Shown: positions 27,730 through 38,686 of the stretch, one piece after another
Layout: every line of letters begins with the position of its first letter
Numbering within the stretch: position 1 is the first letter of the stretch
NCBI GenBank assembly: GCA_013314775.1
Contig: JABUFB010000019.1
Location: 3,189-67,188, forward strand
DNA length: 64,000 nt
DNA from: Armatimonadota bacterium
GTDB lineage: Bacteria > Armatimonadota > Zipacnadia > Zipacnadales > JABUFB01
Direction: 5' to 3'
Notes under the pieces: model-generated
Seen by the model: the letters and a program-made list of their open reading frames with translations, nothing else
Databases searched by the model: none
What the model was told of the DNA's origin: nothing
Made by a program: the position numbers and the translations under genes

Positions 27730-29004
27730 TCAGATGCTCGCCAGTTCCCGTCGCAGAGCCTCAACCAGCATCTCTCCGGAGCCCGGGGCCAGCTTGCTCG
27801 TCCGCTTGAGTTCCAGTTCGTAACCGCCTTCGTCGTAGTGGTGCCGGTAGCCCACATACCCGAGATGCCCGTTGGCCAGTCCGCAGAATGCCACCGGCCC
27901 GAAGCCTTCCTTCACATCAAGCCCCAGTTGGCAGAAGGGCTGGACCGATGCAGCGCCGACGCGCAGGTCTCCGATGCGCAGGGCCTGAAGCTCGCACGGA
28001 ATGCTCGTCTGCTGCCTTGTGACCTCATGCAAAAGCACCAGTTCCCGGGCGTACACGTGCTCCACGGTCTTCTCCCGCCCCCTTTGCCACAGCTCTCGCG
28101 CCTCCTGCAACTGAGGCGCGGATGGCCCTCGCAAGGGAAGCTCCAGTGTCTTGGACTTCGCTGCGGTCACAGGTTCGTACTGGTCGTCCGCGCTTTCCAG
28201 CGCCGCCAGCGCAGTACTCGCAATCGCCTGTCCTGCACGTCTTGCGGCCTCGGGGCCGAACGCGTCCTCGCGCCTGCCATTCACGAAATCACACTGGTTC
28301 ACATCGCCGATTGCCCCGGGCAGGTAGACGGTGGGCACACCCAGTGCCTGCTCGATCCAGGCCGGGTAGTCGCCCGAGTACCCATCTCCCGTCATGAACG
28401 TGGTGTGGCACGTGAAGTTAGCAATGCACCCAAAGAGCGTCCCGGACTGGTCGTACACCCCGAGCGCCGCCACCGCCGGGTCAGCCGGGCCGAGAACGTG
28501 GTCGATGTCCGGGTTCCCGTAGCCCGGATTGGTCTTCACCGAACCATTCTTCATCCGGAAACGGCGGTTGAATGCCACCCCGTGAAGTTCGCCGCATCCC
28601 ACCCGGATATGGGCCGGCCTGGCAATCCGTGACGCGACATCCACCGCACCGCAGATGGCCCTCGCGACCCGGTGCAGGTAGTCCGGGTCCGCCTCGGACA
28701 TGAGCACCTCGCCGGTCGGCCCTCCGGTGTGGGTGTGGGTCGCCGCAATGAGCATCGGCACCGGATAGCCGATAGACTCCTCCACAAGTCTGCGGGCTTC
28801 CGCAATGCTGGACGCTTCCAGGAAAACGCAGTCCACCGACACCAGCGCCAGGGCTTCGCTGCCATCGCTGAACCACGCGGCTCGGGCATAGAGCGGGTCA
28901 TGGGCGCCTGTGGCGTAGTGTTTGAAGAACCCGCCCGGCATCTCGCTGCCTGCCGCGGGAGTGATGTCGGCGCTCGCAAATCCTGCCCGGAATGCGCCCA
29001 TCAT
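27730..29004 (-). CDS. neutral/alkaline ceramidase-like hydrolase
   Basis: 424 aa. N-terminus GFASADITPAAG and the length resemble the bacterial neutral ceramidase fold. The 4-nt ATGA overlap with the upstream DUF4438 gene suggests an operon. Confidence 0.45.
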   Translation of the reverse strand: MMGAFRAGFASADITPAAGSEMPGGFFKHYATGAHDPLYARAAWFSDGSEALALVSVDCVFLEASSIAEARRLVEESIGYPVPMLIAATHTHTGGPTGEVLMSEADPDYLHRVARAICGAVDVASRIARPAHIRVGCGELHGVAFNRRFRMKNGSVKTNPGYGNPDIDHVLGPADPAVAALGVYDQSGTLFGCIANFTCHTTFMTGDGYSGDYPAWIEQALGVPTVYLPGAIGDVNQCDFVNGRREDAFGPEAARRAGQAIASTALAALESADDQYEPVTAAKSKTLELPLRGPSAPQLQEARELWQRGREKTVEHVYARELVLLHEVTRQQTSIPCELQALRIGDLRVGAASVQPFCQLGLDVKEGFGPVAFCGLANGHLGYVGYRHHYDEGGYELELKRTSKLAPGSGEMLVEALRRELASI

Positions 29005-29870
29005 GGCAGTTCCCGCAGGCCAAGTATCGTCGCGATATTCGCTTTCGCGTCCGTGGTGACGTCGATGGCCCCCGCGGCTGATGTGAAAAGCGTGGTAACC
29101 CCGGGACCATGTCCCGCCGTCACACAGCCGCCATGCACGACGATCCCCACGGTGACCGCGCCCGTCTTGTAAATGCGCCCGTAGGTATTGTCGGCATCCA
29201 GGATCGCGACGATATCCCCCAGGCGCAGATCAGCCAGGCCGTACTCGGCTACCACCGCGGGGTCGGAAAGCTGGACATCATAATCGCCGCGGGCCACGTT
29301 GTCGCGTCCGAGGCCGCTACCCATGATGCAGGCGGGGATAGACTTGGCCACCTTCACCTGCAACCTGCCGTCCTTGACCTTGACCTTCATCTTCTTCAGC
29401 ATGCGCGGGTCTAGATTGTTGACGCTGACTTCGGGCGCGTCCAGCAGCTTCAGGCCCATCCCGCGGCTCCATATCTGGATCTTGTTCCCATAGCGCAGCT
29501 TGCGCAGCACGGCCTCGGGGAAGTCGACGAAGACGTGCTCAATCCCGCCGTGCTTTCCGGTGACCACGCCCTTTTCGCCCTCGGCCGGACCGTCAAGCAC
29601 CACGGCCTCGTTGCCCACGCAGGCGTAGAGGTTGAGCCCGTTGTTCTTGTTGGCATCGGGGTTCTTCAGGCTGACTGCGGGCTCCAGGTGATCACACTCG
29701 AAGCCCAGAACGGGATCGCCAACTCGTACGTTGGTGCAGATTCCGCCCGTGCCGGGGAGCATCACCGGCTCGCCGTTCGGCGTGACCCTCCAAGTGCCCG
29801 GCGAAGTGGGATGACTCGGCTCGCCAACAACGGCGACTTCAACCAGCCTGTCCTCATTGGTGCGCAGCAT
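29001..29870 (-). CDS. DUF4438-like conserved hypothetical protein
   Basis: 290 aa from ATG 29870 ([12 protein letters not shown]...). The track ORF (to 30302) extends upstream across the selB promoter region and antisense into selB, so the shorter start was chosen. Family call is from memory of DUF4438 composition. Confidence 0.4.
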   Translation of the reverse strand: MLRTNEDRLVEVAVVGEPSHPTSPGTWRVTPNGEPVMLPGTGGICTNVRVGDPVLGFECDHLEPAVSLKNPDANKNNGLNLYACVGNEAVVLDGPAEGEKGVVTGKHGGIEHVFVDFPEAVLRKLRYGNKIQIWSRGMGLKLLDAPEVSVNNLDPRMLKKMKVKVKDGRLQVKVAKSIPACIMGSGLGRDNVARGDYDVQLSDPAVVAEYGLADLRLGDIVAILDADNTYGRIYKTGAVTVGIVVHGGCVTAGHGPGVTTLFTSAAGAIDVTTDAKANIATILGLRELP

Positions 29871-29990
29871 ATCTGGCCCTCCTTCATGGACAGCACCCCG
29901 GCCACCGGGGACGCATCTCCTGTTCGCCCTGAACTCCGCTTTACCTCCACGCGGGCAGGACTGCCGGGCTCCGCGGCGAACCGACTCCCC

Positions 29991-31928
29991 ATGACCAGTG
30001 AGCAGTCGAGACAGAGCATTATAATCGGCACCGCAGGGCATGTGGACCACGGCAAGACTGCCCTGATCCAGCGCCTCACGGGTATCAACGCCGACCGTCT
30101 CAAGGAAGAGCAGGAACGAGGCCTCACCATCGACCTCGGCTTCGCGTGGTTCGACCTGCCCTCCGGGGTGCATGCTGGGATCGTGGATGTCCCCGGCCAT
30201 GAGCGCTTCGTGAAGAATATGCTGGCAGGCGCGACGGGCATCGACCTGTTCCTGCTGGTGGTCGCCGCGGATGAGGGCGTCATGCCCCAGACCCGCGAGC
30301 ACCTCACGATTCTCGACACCCTGGAGATCGAGGCGGGCATTGTCGTCCTCACCAAGTCCGACCTGGTCGACGCCGAGATGTTGGAATTGGTGCAGGAGGA
30401 CATCGCGGAGGCGTTGGAAGGCACCGCCTTCGCCAACGCGCCGATGGTGGCGACTTCAGCCCGCACCGGCGCGGGCCTCGACGAACTCATCGGGCTCATC
30501 GAGCAGGTGGCTCTCGGGGTCTCCCCGCGTGACATTGCCGGGCCCACCCGGGTACAGGTGGACCGCGTCTTCACCATGAAGGGCTTCGGCACCGTTATCA
30601 CCGGGTCGCTCATCCGCGGCAGGCTCCGTGTGGGGCAGGAGCTGGTGGTGCTGCCTGCCGGCAGAGCCACCCGGGTCCGCAGCATTGAAGTCCACGGCAA
30701 CCATCTCGAGGAGTGCATTGCTCCGGCCCGGGTCGGAGTGAACTTGGCCGGGCTGTCCACCGACGAAGTTGAGCGCGGCGACCAGCTTGTGGCTCCTGGA
30801 AGCATGAAGCCCTCGTGGATGCTTGACGTGCGCCTGAGGTTATCGGCTGACGCGGACAGGCCGCTGGCATACCGCGAGCGCGTCCGGATTCACCACGGGG
30901 CGGCCGAGGTTCTGGGCCGTGTGGTCCTGCTGGACAGCGACTTTCTCGCGCCCGGCGACAGCGGCCTCGCACAGTTGCGCCTGGAAGCCCCGGTGGCGGC
31001 AGCTGCCGGCGACCATTTCGTGATTCGCCGCTACTCGCCCGCCCAGACCATCGGCGGCGGCGTGGTGCTCGATCCCGCGCCTGCCCGGCATCGGAGACGG
31101 CAGGTGGATGTCCTGCAGCGACTCCAGGCGCTCGAATCCGGCGCTGAGCGAGAGCGCGCCCGGGACTGGTTTGCGTCTCGCGGGGCTCAGGCAGCCTCCT
31201 CGGAAGACCTGGCCCGGGGGCTGCAGATGGACGACGACCAGGCTGAGGCCCTCGTGGATGGCCTGCTCGAGTCCGGGCAGCTTCTCCCGCTTGCTTCCGG
31301 CAGGTATCTGGACGCGGGGGTTGCCGAGCGCACCCTTGCCTCCGTAATCGGCGCCCTGGAAGCCTACCATCGAGCCAATCCGCTTCGACCCTGCATGCCT
31401 GTGCCCCGGCTCCAGACAACCCTGGGCAATCCGCCGCCCGAGACGCTGCAGTGGGCGGTTTCTGAACTGTCGGCGAAGGGCACAGTCGTCGCGGAGTCGG
31501 GCGGCGTCAGGCTTGCAAGCCACACGGCCGCAATGGGCCCGGAGCAGGAGAGTGCACTGGAGGCTCTGTACCGGTTGGCGGAAGAAGCTGCTCTGTCGCC
31601 GCCGTCCAGGGAGGAAGCCTTCGCCCTTCTGGCTCCCGCGGGAGATGCTCGATCGCTGCTGGAACTCGCCCTCAAGTCGGGCAGGCTTGTGGATGTGGGC
31701 GAGTACATCATCGCCGCCTCCGCGCTCGAACAGGCGGCCAACGCCCTGGTAGCTCTGCATGCCGAGAAGGGGCCCTTCGCCGTGGCCGATGCCCGGGATG
31801 TCTGGGGATCCAGCCGCAAGTACGTCGTACCCCTGCTCGAATACCTCGACGGGACCGGTTTTACGCGCCGCTCGGGCAACATGCGGACAGTCACGCGCTC
31901 TCCGGGGCCCCGTGAGGGCGTCCGGTAA
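29991..31928 (+). CDS. selB: selenocysteine-specific translation elongation factor SelB
   Basis: [21 protein letters not shown]...[15 protein letters not shown]...[10 protein letters not shown]-domain lacking the EF-Tu aa-tRNA region. Long C-terminal winged-helix extension (about 645 aa total), as expected for bacterial SelB. Confidence 0.85.
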   Translation: MTSEQSRQSIIIGTAGHVDHGKTALIQRLTGINADRLKEEQERGLTIDLGFAWFDLPSGVHAGIVDVPGHERFVKNMLAGATGIDLFLLVVAADEGVMPQTREHLTILDTLEIEAGIVVLTKSDLVDAEMLELVQEDIAEALEGTAFANAPMVATSARTGAGLDELIGLIEQVALGVSPRDIAGPTRVQVDRVFTMKGFGTVITGSLIRGRLRVGQELVVLPAGRATRVRSIEVHGNHLEECIAPARVGVNLAGLSTDEVERGDQLVAPGSMKPSWMLDVRLRLSADADRPLAYRERVRIHHGAAEVLGRVVLLDSDFLAPGDSGLAQLRLEAPVAAAAGDHFVIRRYSPAQTIGGGVVLDPAPARHRRRQVDVLQRLQALESGAERERARDWFASRGAQAASSEDLARGLQMDDDQAEALVDGLLESGQLLPLASGRYLDAGVAERTLASVIGALEAYHRANPLRPCMPVPRLQTTLGNPPPETLQWAVSELSAKGTVVAESGGVRLASHTAAMGPEQESALEALYRLAEEAALSPPSREEAFALLAPAGDARSLLELALKSGRLVDVGEYIIAASALEQAANALVALHAEKGPFAVADARDVWGSSRKYVVPLLEYLDGTGFTRRSGNMRTVTRSPGPREGVR

Positions 31929-31933
31929 CCGCC

Positions 31934-32590
31934 TTGACAGCGGACCGCAGGTCGGACAACCTTCCTGCAGGTGATACCGTGTTTTCATGGCTCAGACGAA
32001 GGCAAGCCGATCAGCCCCGCGGGGAGGGTCTCCCCGGGGGCTTGCTGCGGTGTCCGTCCTGCGGACAGACCTACAATCCGCGGTACATGCAGTACTGCGC
32101 CCGATGCGGTGAAGCAGTACCGGATGAGCGAGGCAAACTGCCCCGGCCCGGCCCAATGGACGGAATGGGCGCGCGAGGCGGTGCCCCGGCCGGGCTTCCG
32201 CCGGTCCAGTGGCCGGGCGCTGAGGTCGCTGCGGAGGCAGCCGCCGAACACGAGGACTGGCGACCGTCCCAGGCTGTTGAGGACATGGTGCAGGAATACC
32301 GGAACCGGCTGAACGAGACCCCCGAAGACCACAGCGCCCGGTTCGCGCTTGCCCTGGCGTACGTCTTCGCCCGGCGCTGGGAGCAGGCTGCGCGGGAGTT
32401 GGAGCTGGTCATTGAAGCCCTGCCCGAGTACGCGGACGCCCGCTATCGGCTTGCGCTTTGCCGGGCGCAATTGGGGCAGCGTGATGCGGCTGTGGAGGCC
32501 GCACGAGCCGCCATTCGTCTCGAACCACGCCAGAAGCGCTACCAGAAGCTATTGGAGTCGTTGGAGCACGAACCACGCGATGACACCTGA
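31934..32590 (+). CDS. zinc-ribbon plus TPR-repeat protein
   Basis: LLRCPSCGQTYNPRYMQYCARCGE zinc ribbon, then TPR-like helices (ARFALALAYVFARRWEQAARELELVIEALPEYADARYRLALCRAQLGQRDAAVEAARAAIRL). Confidence 0.5.
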   Translation: MTADRRSDNLPAGDTVFSWLRRRQADQPRGEGLPGGLLRCPSCGQTYNPRYMQYCARCGEAVPDERGKLPRPGPMDGMGARGGAPAGLPPVQWPGAEVAAEAAAEHEDWRPSQAVEDMVQEYRNRLNETPEDHSARFALALAYVFARRWEQAARELELVIEALPEYADARYRLALCRAQLGQRDAAVEAARAAIRLEPRQKRYQKLLESLEHEPRDDT

Positions 32591-34190
32591 CGCCCCACCG
32601 CACAAGCTCTACCGACTGCTGACTCTGCCGGCCGCCGGCACTTTTCTCGCGCTGATCTCGGTGCGCCTGGGGGTGCGTGAGTTCTGGACCGACGAGATCA
32701 TCACCGCCGGGCATGTGCGAACCTTCGCGGCAACCGTCGACGCCTTCCACCCGCGCGGTTTCTACGTGCTCCTGTACGGCTGGAAGCAGATTTTCGGCGA
32801 CAGTGACCTCGCTCTGCGCGCTTTCTCTGTGCCGTGGGCGATTCTGGCGTTCCTGTTGTCCTGGGCCATTTCCTCGCGGCTGCTGAGGCCCGGCCAGACT
32901 GCGCTCGCGCTGTGGCTCATCTGCCTCTCGCCATTCCTCGTTCTGTACTTCCGTATGGCCCGGTTCTACTCGCTTGTCACGGCGCTGGTCCTGCTGGTGG
33001 CCTACTGTGCGGTGCTCGTGGCGCAGGCCGGCAAGCGTCGTCACTGGGCCGCACTTGCCCTGGTGAGTCCGTCTCTGGTATACACCAACTACCTGGCAGC
33101 GCTGCTGCTTGGACCGCTCTTCCTGTGGCTGGGCTGGATATCCTGGCGCCGGGGTCAGGTGTGGCGAGTGCTGCTTGCTATGGTGCCGACCGCCGTAGCC
33201 GCCCTGTTCGTGGGTGCCTGGGTGCTGCGCGTCGCTGACAACATCAGGGCCATCGAGTCCGGCGCAGCCCATGCATCGCTGTCGCATCTCCTGCTTCGCC
33301 TGGTGTTGCCGCCATACATTCTGGCCGTGGGGGAAACCACCGACCCCTGGCGGATCTGGATAACCGTCCCCGCCTTCGCGGCGGCGGCTGGGTTTTTCTT
33401 TCTGGGCCTGGTCTCAAGCCCCAAAGAAGCCGCCTGGGCGCCTCTGCGCTGGTCATGGCTGCTTCTGGTCGTGGTCGGGGCCGTGGTGCTGACAACTATC
33501 GCCCGCGGGGAACCCCTCTCAGCTGCCGCGCGCTCTACTGTCTTCGCCGCGCCCCTTGCATACATCCTCATGGCCGTCGGAGCAACGCGCATTCGGAGCA
33601 AGTCGCAGCGCGCCTTTGCCCTTGCGGTGGTGCTGGTGGCCGATGTCTACGGGCTGCGCAACTACTTCGCCGGAGCCCAGTTTCTCAATCCCGGGTATGC
33701 GGTGCCGTGGCGAGAGATCGTGACCTTCATCCAGCAGAGAGAGCAGCCTGGGGACCTGGTGCTCGCGTTCTTCGAGTCCACGCCGGGGCGTTACGGGGAG
33801 TTTGGGAGGTTCATCACAGGCCGGCCTGACTACGCGCCGCACGAACTGGAGCCCGTGGAGCACTGGCCCCAGGGAGGCTTCCGTCTGTGGCTCATCGGAA
33901 GGGACCGTGGCTCCGCGGAGGCCCGCCGTCTGCAGGAGACCACAGTGAAACACCTCACCCCGCGTGCTGCGCGGGTCGAGATCACGCGCTTCATGCTTTA
34001 TTCACCCGTGGACCGCAAGTTCCGCAGCTTCTTCCTGCGGCGGCCCGTGCCCGAATCCCATATCACGGTCTACCTGTTCATTCCCCCGGACAAGCCCCGC
34101 GCGCCGGAGGATGCGCCGAAGTTCCTCACCGGCGGACGCGCACCGTCTGACCAGACGCCGCCGACTCATCCAGAGCAAGACACACTCTGA
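32580..34190 (+). CDS. polytopic membrane glycosyltransferase, ArnT/PMT-like (second copy in window)
   Basis: Start MTPDAPPHKLY overlaps the upstream stop. DEIITAGHV acidic loop motif, about 12 TM helices, soluble C-terminal domain. Overlaps the convergent Gfo gene by about 65 nt. Confidence 0.5.
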   Translation: MTPDAPPHKLYRLLTLPAAGTFLALISVRLGVREFWTDEIITAGHVRTFAATVDAFHPRGFYVLLYGWKQIFGDSDLALRAFSVPWAILAFLLSWAISSRLLRPGQTALALWLICLSPFLVLYFRMARFYSLVTALVLLVAYCAVLVAQAGKRRHWAALALVSPSLVYTNYLAALLLGPLFLWLGWISWRRGQVWRVLLAMVPTAVAALFVGAWVLRVADNIRAIESGAAHASLSHLLLRLVLPPYILAVGETTDPWRIWITVPAFAAAAGFFFLGLVSSPKEAAWAPLRWSWLLLVVVGAVVLTTIARGEPLSAAARSTVFAAPLAYILMAVGATRIRSKSQRAFALAVVLVADVYGLRNYFAGAQFLNPGYAVPWREIVTFIQQREQPGDLVLAFFESTPGRYGEFGRFITGRPDYAPHELEPVEHWPQGGFRLWLIGRDRGSAEARRLQETTVKHLTPRAARVEITRFMLYSPVDRKFRSFFLRRPVPESHITVYLFIPPDKPRAPEDAPKFLTGGRAPSDQTPPTHPEQDTL

Positions 34191-35142
34191 CCGTCCGCAG
34201 ACCGTCCGCGATATTCGGCTCGCAGTCGCGGCCTGACAGCGCGCAGTCCACGAAGTGGTCCACCTCCTGCTGGAATGGGTGATGAGCCACGTCACCGCTG
34301 TTGGGCAGGACGCAGGGGATTTCTATGAAGTCCGACTGTTTGGGCGCCAGCTTCCTGGACCAGATCCGGTTGTCCCGGACGGTGCCGCCAGTGCCCAGTA
34401 GCTCGATGTTGAACTGGTAGGGCCCCACAATCTCCAGGGAGGCCGATACCCGCCCCACCGCGCCGTTCTCGAAACGCAGGATGCCGGTCTCGGTCATGTC
34501 GAACTCGAACGTGTCCAGGCCCTTGCGGGCGAAGGCGGCCACTTCCACGACTTCGCTGCCCACCAGGAACCGAATCATGTCTACCGCGTGGCTGCCTCCG
34601 GCGAGCATGGCGCTGCCCGTGAACTGCCGCTTCGCGATCCATCGATCCGGGCTGATGACTCGCCCGGCGCCGTGCCAGTAGTCGGTTTGGGCGAAGATGA
34701 TGTCACCCAGCGCCCCTTGCTCCTGCAGGGCCCGGATATTGGTGACCAGCGGATTCCAGCGCAGCACGAAGCCGACCACGCTGGTGATCCCCGCCTCCTG
34801 AACCGCCGACTGGAGCGCATCGCACTCATCCTGCGTGATTGCCGGCGGCTTCTCCAGGATGATATGCTTGCCCGCCTTGCACGCCGCGATGGCGTCCGAA
34901 GCATGCAGGTAGTTGGGGGTGGTGATCGCCACTGCATCCACACGACTGTCGGCGAGGAGCGCCTCGTAGTTCGGGAACACAGTGCAGTCCAGGCCCAATT
35001 CGGCCACGAACCGCCGCGCATTGTCCGGGTTGCGGCTGGTGATGCCCACGAGTTGGGCCCGGGGGTTGCGGGTGATGGCCTTCGCGTACTCGACGGACAC
35101 CCATCCGCTGGCATTGATCGCTATTCCGAGACGGTCGGGCAT
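34126..35142 (-). CDS. Gfo/Idh/MocA family oxidoreductase
   Basis: Rossmann N-terminus GIAINASGWVSVEYAKAI, EKP motif HIILEKPPAIT, 338 aa. Confidence 0.75.
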   Translation of the reverse strand: MPDRLGIAINASGWVSVEYAKAITRNPRAQLVGITSRNPDNARRFVAELGLDCTVFPNYEALLADSRVDAVAITTPNYLHASDAIAACKAGKHIILEKPPAITQDECDALQSAVQEAGITSVVGFVLRWNPLVTNIRALQEQGALGDIIFAQTDYWHGAGRVISPDRWIAKRQFTGSAMLAGGSHAVDMIRFLVGSEVVEVAAFARKGLDTFEFDMTETGILRFENGAVGRVSASLEIVGPYQFNIELLGTGGTVRDNRIWSRKLAPKQSDFIEIPCVLPNSGDVAHHPFQQEVDHFVDCALSGRDCEPNIADGLRTVRVCLALDESAASGQTVRVRR

Positions 35143-35172
35143 GTTGACGCCTCCTGCAGTTGCGCGTTGAGC

Positions 35173-36198
35173 CTACCAGATGAGCACACCGTGGAGATCA
35201 GTGGACCAGTCAAACACCCGCGCATTTGCCTGCATAAGCGCCTGGCGCACTGCATAGTCGCGATTGGGCGCGCAATGGAAGAGCATGGCCCCACCACCTC
35301 CGGCCCCACAGACGCGCCCTCCAGTGGCTCCGGCTTTACAGGCCACGTCGAAGAGCTCCTCGATTCGGTCGTTGGTAACGTCCGGGTGCAGGCGCTTATG
35401 CAGCTCCCAGACTTCGGTGAGCATGTCGCCGAGAGCGTGCAGGCGCCCCTGAAGCAGCGCGAGTTTGATGTCTTCGGCGCAGCGACTCATGGCCTGCAGT
35501 GCCCCGATCACCACAGGGTCTTTGCGCTCGAATCCGCTGGCCACCGCGTCCAGGATAGTCTTGGCCGGCCGCGAGATGCCCGAGTAACAGACCACCAGGG
35601 ACTTCTCGAGCTCCGCGATGGCGGGTGCTCCCAGGGGGAGCCTGTCCACCTCGACATGCCAGCCGACCTGGTCGGGCCAGTAACACATGTACTTGAACCC
35701 GCCGCCGGTCACGGGCGAGTACTGGTCCTGCCAGCCATACGTGGTCCGCAGCGCAACCATCTCGCATTCCCGGGCCAGTTCGGCCATCTGATGAGCGGTG
35801 AGCTTGTACCCGGTCAAGGCGTCCAGCGCGGCGATGATGCAGGTGGCGATGGTTGAGGATGAGCCCAGACCGGCTCCCGCCGGCATCTCGGAGTACGTGG
35901 TGAGCTCGACTCCGTGCTTCAGCTGGAACCTCCGGACGATCTCCTGCGCCAGCCCGAGTTCCCCGTCGGGCGACAGCGCGTCCCTGCTTTCCACGACGAC
36001 ATGCCGATCTCCCTGGTCCGGGGCGTGGAAGACGATCAGGTCGTCGTAGCGCTCGACGCACGTGGCATAGATGTACTTGTTGATGGTAGCATTGACGATG
36101 CTCCCACCGAACTCGCGGCAGGCAGGCACATAGTCGGTCATGCCCACGAAGTCGATGCGCAAAGGTGAACGAGCCTGCACAACCCTGGCAGCGGCCAT
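35173..36198 (-). CDS. GHMP family sugar kinase (HddA/fucokinase-like)
   Basis: RSPLRIDFVGMTD N-terminus, PAGAGLGSSS ATP-binding motif, 341 aa. Confidence 0.7.
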   Translation of the reverse strand: MAAARVVQARSPLRIDFVGMTDYVPACREFGGSIVNATINKYIYATCVERYDDLIVFHAPDQGDRHVVVESRDALSPDGELGLAQEIVRRFQLKHGVELTTYSEMPAGAGLGSSSTIATCIIAALDALTGYKLTAHQMAELARECEMVALRTTYGWQDQYSPVTGGGFKYMCYWPDQVGWHVEVDRLPLGAPAIAELEKSLVVCYSGISRPAKTILDAVASGFERKDPVVIGALQAMSRCAEDIKLALLQGRLHALGDMLTEVWELHKRLHPDVTNDRIEELFDVACKAGATGGRVCGAGGGGAMLFHCAPNRDYAVRQALMQANARVFDWSTDLHGVLIW

Positions 36199-36649
36199 TC
36201 TAGAACACCTCGGAGAACTTCATTGCGGTGGTGCGGGCAGGGCGGTGTCCCCACCCGACATGCGGGCTTCGGAGCGCCCGCAGAGCCTGTTCCAGCACCG
36301 AGGGACGAATCCCTCCTGTGGCTGGGGATGGTTCCGCGGGAAGGCCATAACCGTCACCAGAACGGAGCTTCAGTTTCGCCGGTGCTTCCACGTGGTCTGA
36401 TCGCTGGTCGGAGCGTATCCGGCTTTGACCAGCAGGAGTGCGGTCCCATTGCCCGCAGAGCGGGCGAGAGCCCATAGCCTGGGGCGGAAGCCTCCGGATC
36501 CACTTCCGCCGGGGGCCGCAGGCGGACGGCTCCTGCCGGAGCCTGACCGCGGCCCGGCTCCAGCACCAAGGGTACCGGGGCGCCGGCCACACACGAGGCC
36601 GGCACGCCTCTGGCCAAACCGCTGCGCCTGCGCGCCTGCGCGAAAAAGT

Positions 36650-36678
36650 TTGCCTTTACACGCCGGATCGTGTATAGT
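36650..36678 (+). promoter_or_regulatory. sigma70-like promoter (TTGCCT-N17-TATAGT) driving the cold-shock gene, with about 140-nt 5-prime UTR
   Basis: ttgcctttacacgccggatcgtgtatagt read directly. A long leader is typical of csp mRNAs. AGGAGG lies 10 nt before the ATG. Confidence 0.5.
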
Positions 36679-36818
36679 AAGCGAGTTCCTGTCGGCGATA
36701 GCGGGCAGGGACTCTCAAAGGCTAGGGTGCTATTGACCGACTGGACAAGACGCTTCTCCTCCAGTAGGGGCTGCAAGTGCGTCACTAGTCAACACTGGTA
36801 GGAGGTGCGTTTGTCAAA

Positions 36819-37022
36819 ATGGCAACAGGCACCGTCAAATGGTTCAACGACGATAAGGGTTTCGGTTTCATCGAGACGGAGGGGCACGCAGACGTCTTCG
36901 TGCACTTCTCTGCTATCACCGGCGAGGGCTACCGCAGCCTGAACGAGGGCGCGAAGGTCGAGTTCGACATCGTCCCTGACGCCAAGGGCCCCCGGGCAGC
37001 CAACGTCACCGTTATCGGCTAA
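36819..37022 (+). CDS. cspA: cold shock protein, CspA family
   Basis: [33 protein letters not shown]: RNP1/RNP2 motifs. 67 aa. Confidence 0.9.
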   Translation: MATGTVKWFNDDKGFGFIETEGHADVFVHFSAITGEGYRSLNEGAKVEFDIVPDAKGPRAANVTVIG

Positions 37023-37045
37023 GAATCCGGAAAAGCAGTCAGGAA

Positions 37046-37080
37046 ACAGCCCCACCGAACACCACGGTGGGGCTGTTTTG
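37046..37080 (+). terminator. rho-independent terminator after csp
   Basis: acagccccacc-gaacacca-cggtggggctgtttt: GC stem plus T-run, 24 nt after the stop. Confidence 0.55.
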
Positions 37081-37219
37081 TACGCGCGGGCGTCTGGTTT
37101 CCCGCGCCCCGTCCCTTTGGGCGCGGCCCCTTGCCGCTGCCTGCGCCGGTGTCTATAATGGCTCAAACCCATGTTCGCGGCTCCCTCGGGGAGCCGTGTT
37201 CTTGCTAGCGGAGACGGTA

Positions 37220-37828
37220 ATGATTGCTCTCATCGACTATGGAATGGGGAATCTCGGCAGCGTCCACAAGGCGCTCCTGAGGGTGGGCTGCGAGGCGGAG
37301 ATCACCGACGATCCCGACAAGATATCCCGCGCGAAAGCCGTGGTTCTGCCCGGCGTGGGCGCCTTCGACGACTGTGTGAAGAACCTCGTGGATCGCGGCC
37401 TTGATGTGGCGGTGAAGGAGGCCGTCAACGCCGGCAAGCCATTCCTCGGGATCTGTCTGGGCTTGCAGATGCTTTTCGACAGCAGCGAGGAAGGCGGCAA
37501 GTACCCCGGTCTGGGCATCGTGCCGGGGAAGGTCGTCCGGTTCACCCACGACTTGAAAATCCCTCAGATTGGCTGGAATCAGATCTCCATCCGCAAGCAA
37601 GCGCCACATTTTGCAGGTGTGCCGGACGGTTCGTGGGTCTACTTCGTACACTCCTACTACGTGGTTCCGGAAGACGAGTCGGTGGTGGCGACGGTGACTA
37701 ACTACGGCTACGACTTCGTCAGCGCGATCTGGCAAGATAACGTCTTTGCGACCCAGTTCCATCCCGAGAAGAGCCAGGCCGTGGGGCTTCGGATTCTGGA
37801 GAACTTTGCGAATGTGGTCAACGGTTAG
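37220..37828 (+). CDS. hisH: imidazole glycerol phosphate synthase glutaminase subunit HisH
   Basis: MIALIDYGMGNLGSV, GICLGLQ catalytic Cys, HPEKS. Confidence 0.9.
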   Translation: MIALIDYGMGNLGSVHKALLRVGCEAEITDDPDKISRAKAVVLPGVGAFDDCVKNLVDRGLDVAVKEAVNAGKPFLGICLGLQMLFDSSEEGGKYPGLGIVPGKVVRFTHDLKIPQIGWNQISIRKQAPHFAGVPDGSWVYFVHSYYVVPEDESVVATVTNYGYDFVSAIWQDNVFATQFHPEKSQAVGLRILENFANVVNG

Positions 37829-37898
37829 CCGGGCCGTGGGACGTTCCCGACAAGGGAGCGCCTGCCTGAACAACCGGACCCGGTAAGGGGGTAACAGC

Positions 37899-38627
37899 TT
37901 GCTCGTCATTCCAGCAATCGATATTTCGCAAGGCCAGTGTGTTCGCCTGCAGCAGGGCGACATGAACCGAAAGACCGTGTTTGGCAACGATCCTGCCGAA
38001 GTCGCAAAGAGGTGGGCAGATTGCGGAGCCGAGGTCATTCACGTGGTTGATCTTGACGGTGCGGTGGGGGGGAGCTCCGCCAATCTCGAAGCCGTCAAGG
38101 CTATCGTCGAGCGCGCCGGAGTGCCCGTGGAACTCGGCGGAGGATTGCGGACGCTCGAGGATGTCGGCCGCGTCCTGGACATGGGGGTCCAGTGGGCGAT
38201 CATGGGCACCGCCGCGCTGGAGAACCGAGACGAGTTGGCGGCATGTCTCGACCAGTTTCCCGACCGGATCATCGTCGGCATCGACGCGCGGGACGGCCGG
38301 GTGGCGGTGAAGGGGTGGGTAGAGACCAGCGGAGTCAGCGCCATCGATTTGGCCCGAGATGTGGCAGAGATGGGCGTGAAGCGCGTGATCTTCACCGACA
38401 TCGCCACCGACGGCATGCTGGCCGGACCGAACCTCACCAGCACCCGGGCCATTGCGGAAGCCGCGCCACTCGAGGTCATCGCCTCCGGCGGCGTCACCAC
38501 CCTCGACGATATCCGCGCGGTTCGCATGCTCGAACCCTCCGGGGTTGTGGGTTGCATTGTGGGCCGGGCTCTATACAGCGGCACCATTGACTTGACCGAA
38601 GCGATCGCGCTTGCGACAGAGTTCTGA
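37899..38627 (+). CDS. hisA: ProFAR isomerase HisA
   Basis: TTG start. IPAIDISQGQCVRL, VVDLDGA, FTDIATDGM, ASGGV motifs. Confidence 0.9.
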   Translation: MLVIPAIDISQGQCVRLQQGDMNRKTVFGNDPAEVAKRWADCGAEVIHVVDLDGAVGGSSANLEAVKAIVERAGVPVELGGGLRTLEDVGRVLDMGVQWAIMGTAALENRDELAACLDQFPDRIIVGIDARDGRVAVKGWVETSGVSAIDLARDVAEMGVKRVIFTDIATDGMLAGPNLTSTRAIAEAAPLEVIASGGVTTLDDIRAVRMLEPSGVVGCIVGRALYSGTIDLTEAIALATEF

Positions 38628-38686
38628 CCGAGTTCTTCCGGCACCAGCGGGTTACCGCCAGCAGCCAAAGCGGCCAGATACACCTG

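Noticed and set aside
29001-30302. Full 433-aa extent of the DUF4438-containing ORF
   Set aside because: The N-terminal 144 codons run antisense into the selB promoter and coding start. The conserved DUF4438-like portion begins at internal Met 29870, which was used as the start.
34588-35856. 422-aa plus-strand ORF
   Set aside because: Antisense to the Gfo/Idh/MocA and GHMP kinase genes. Composition-biased.
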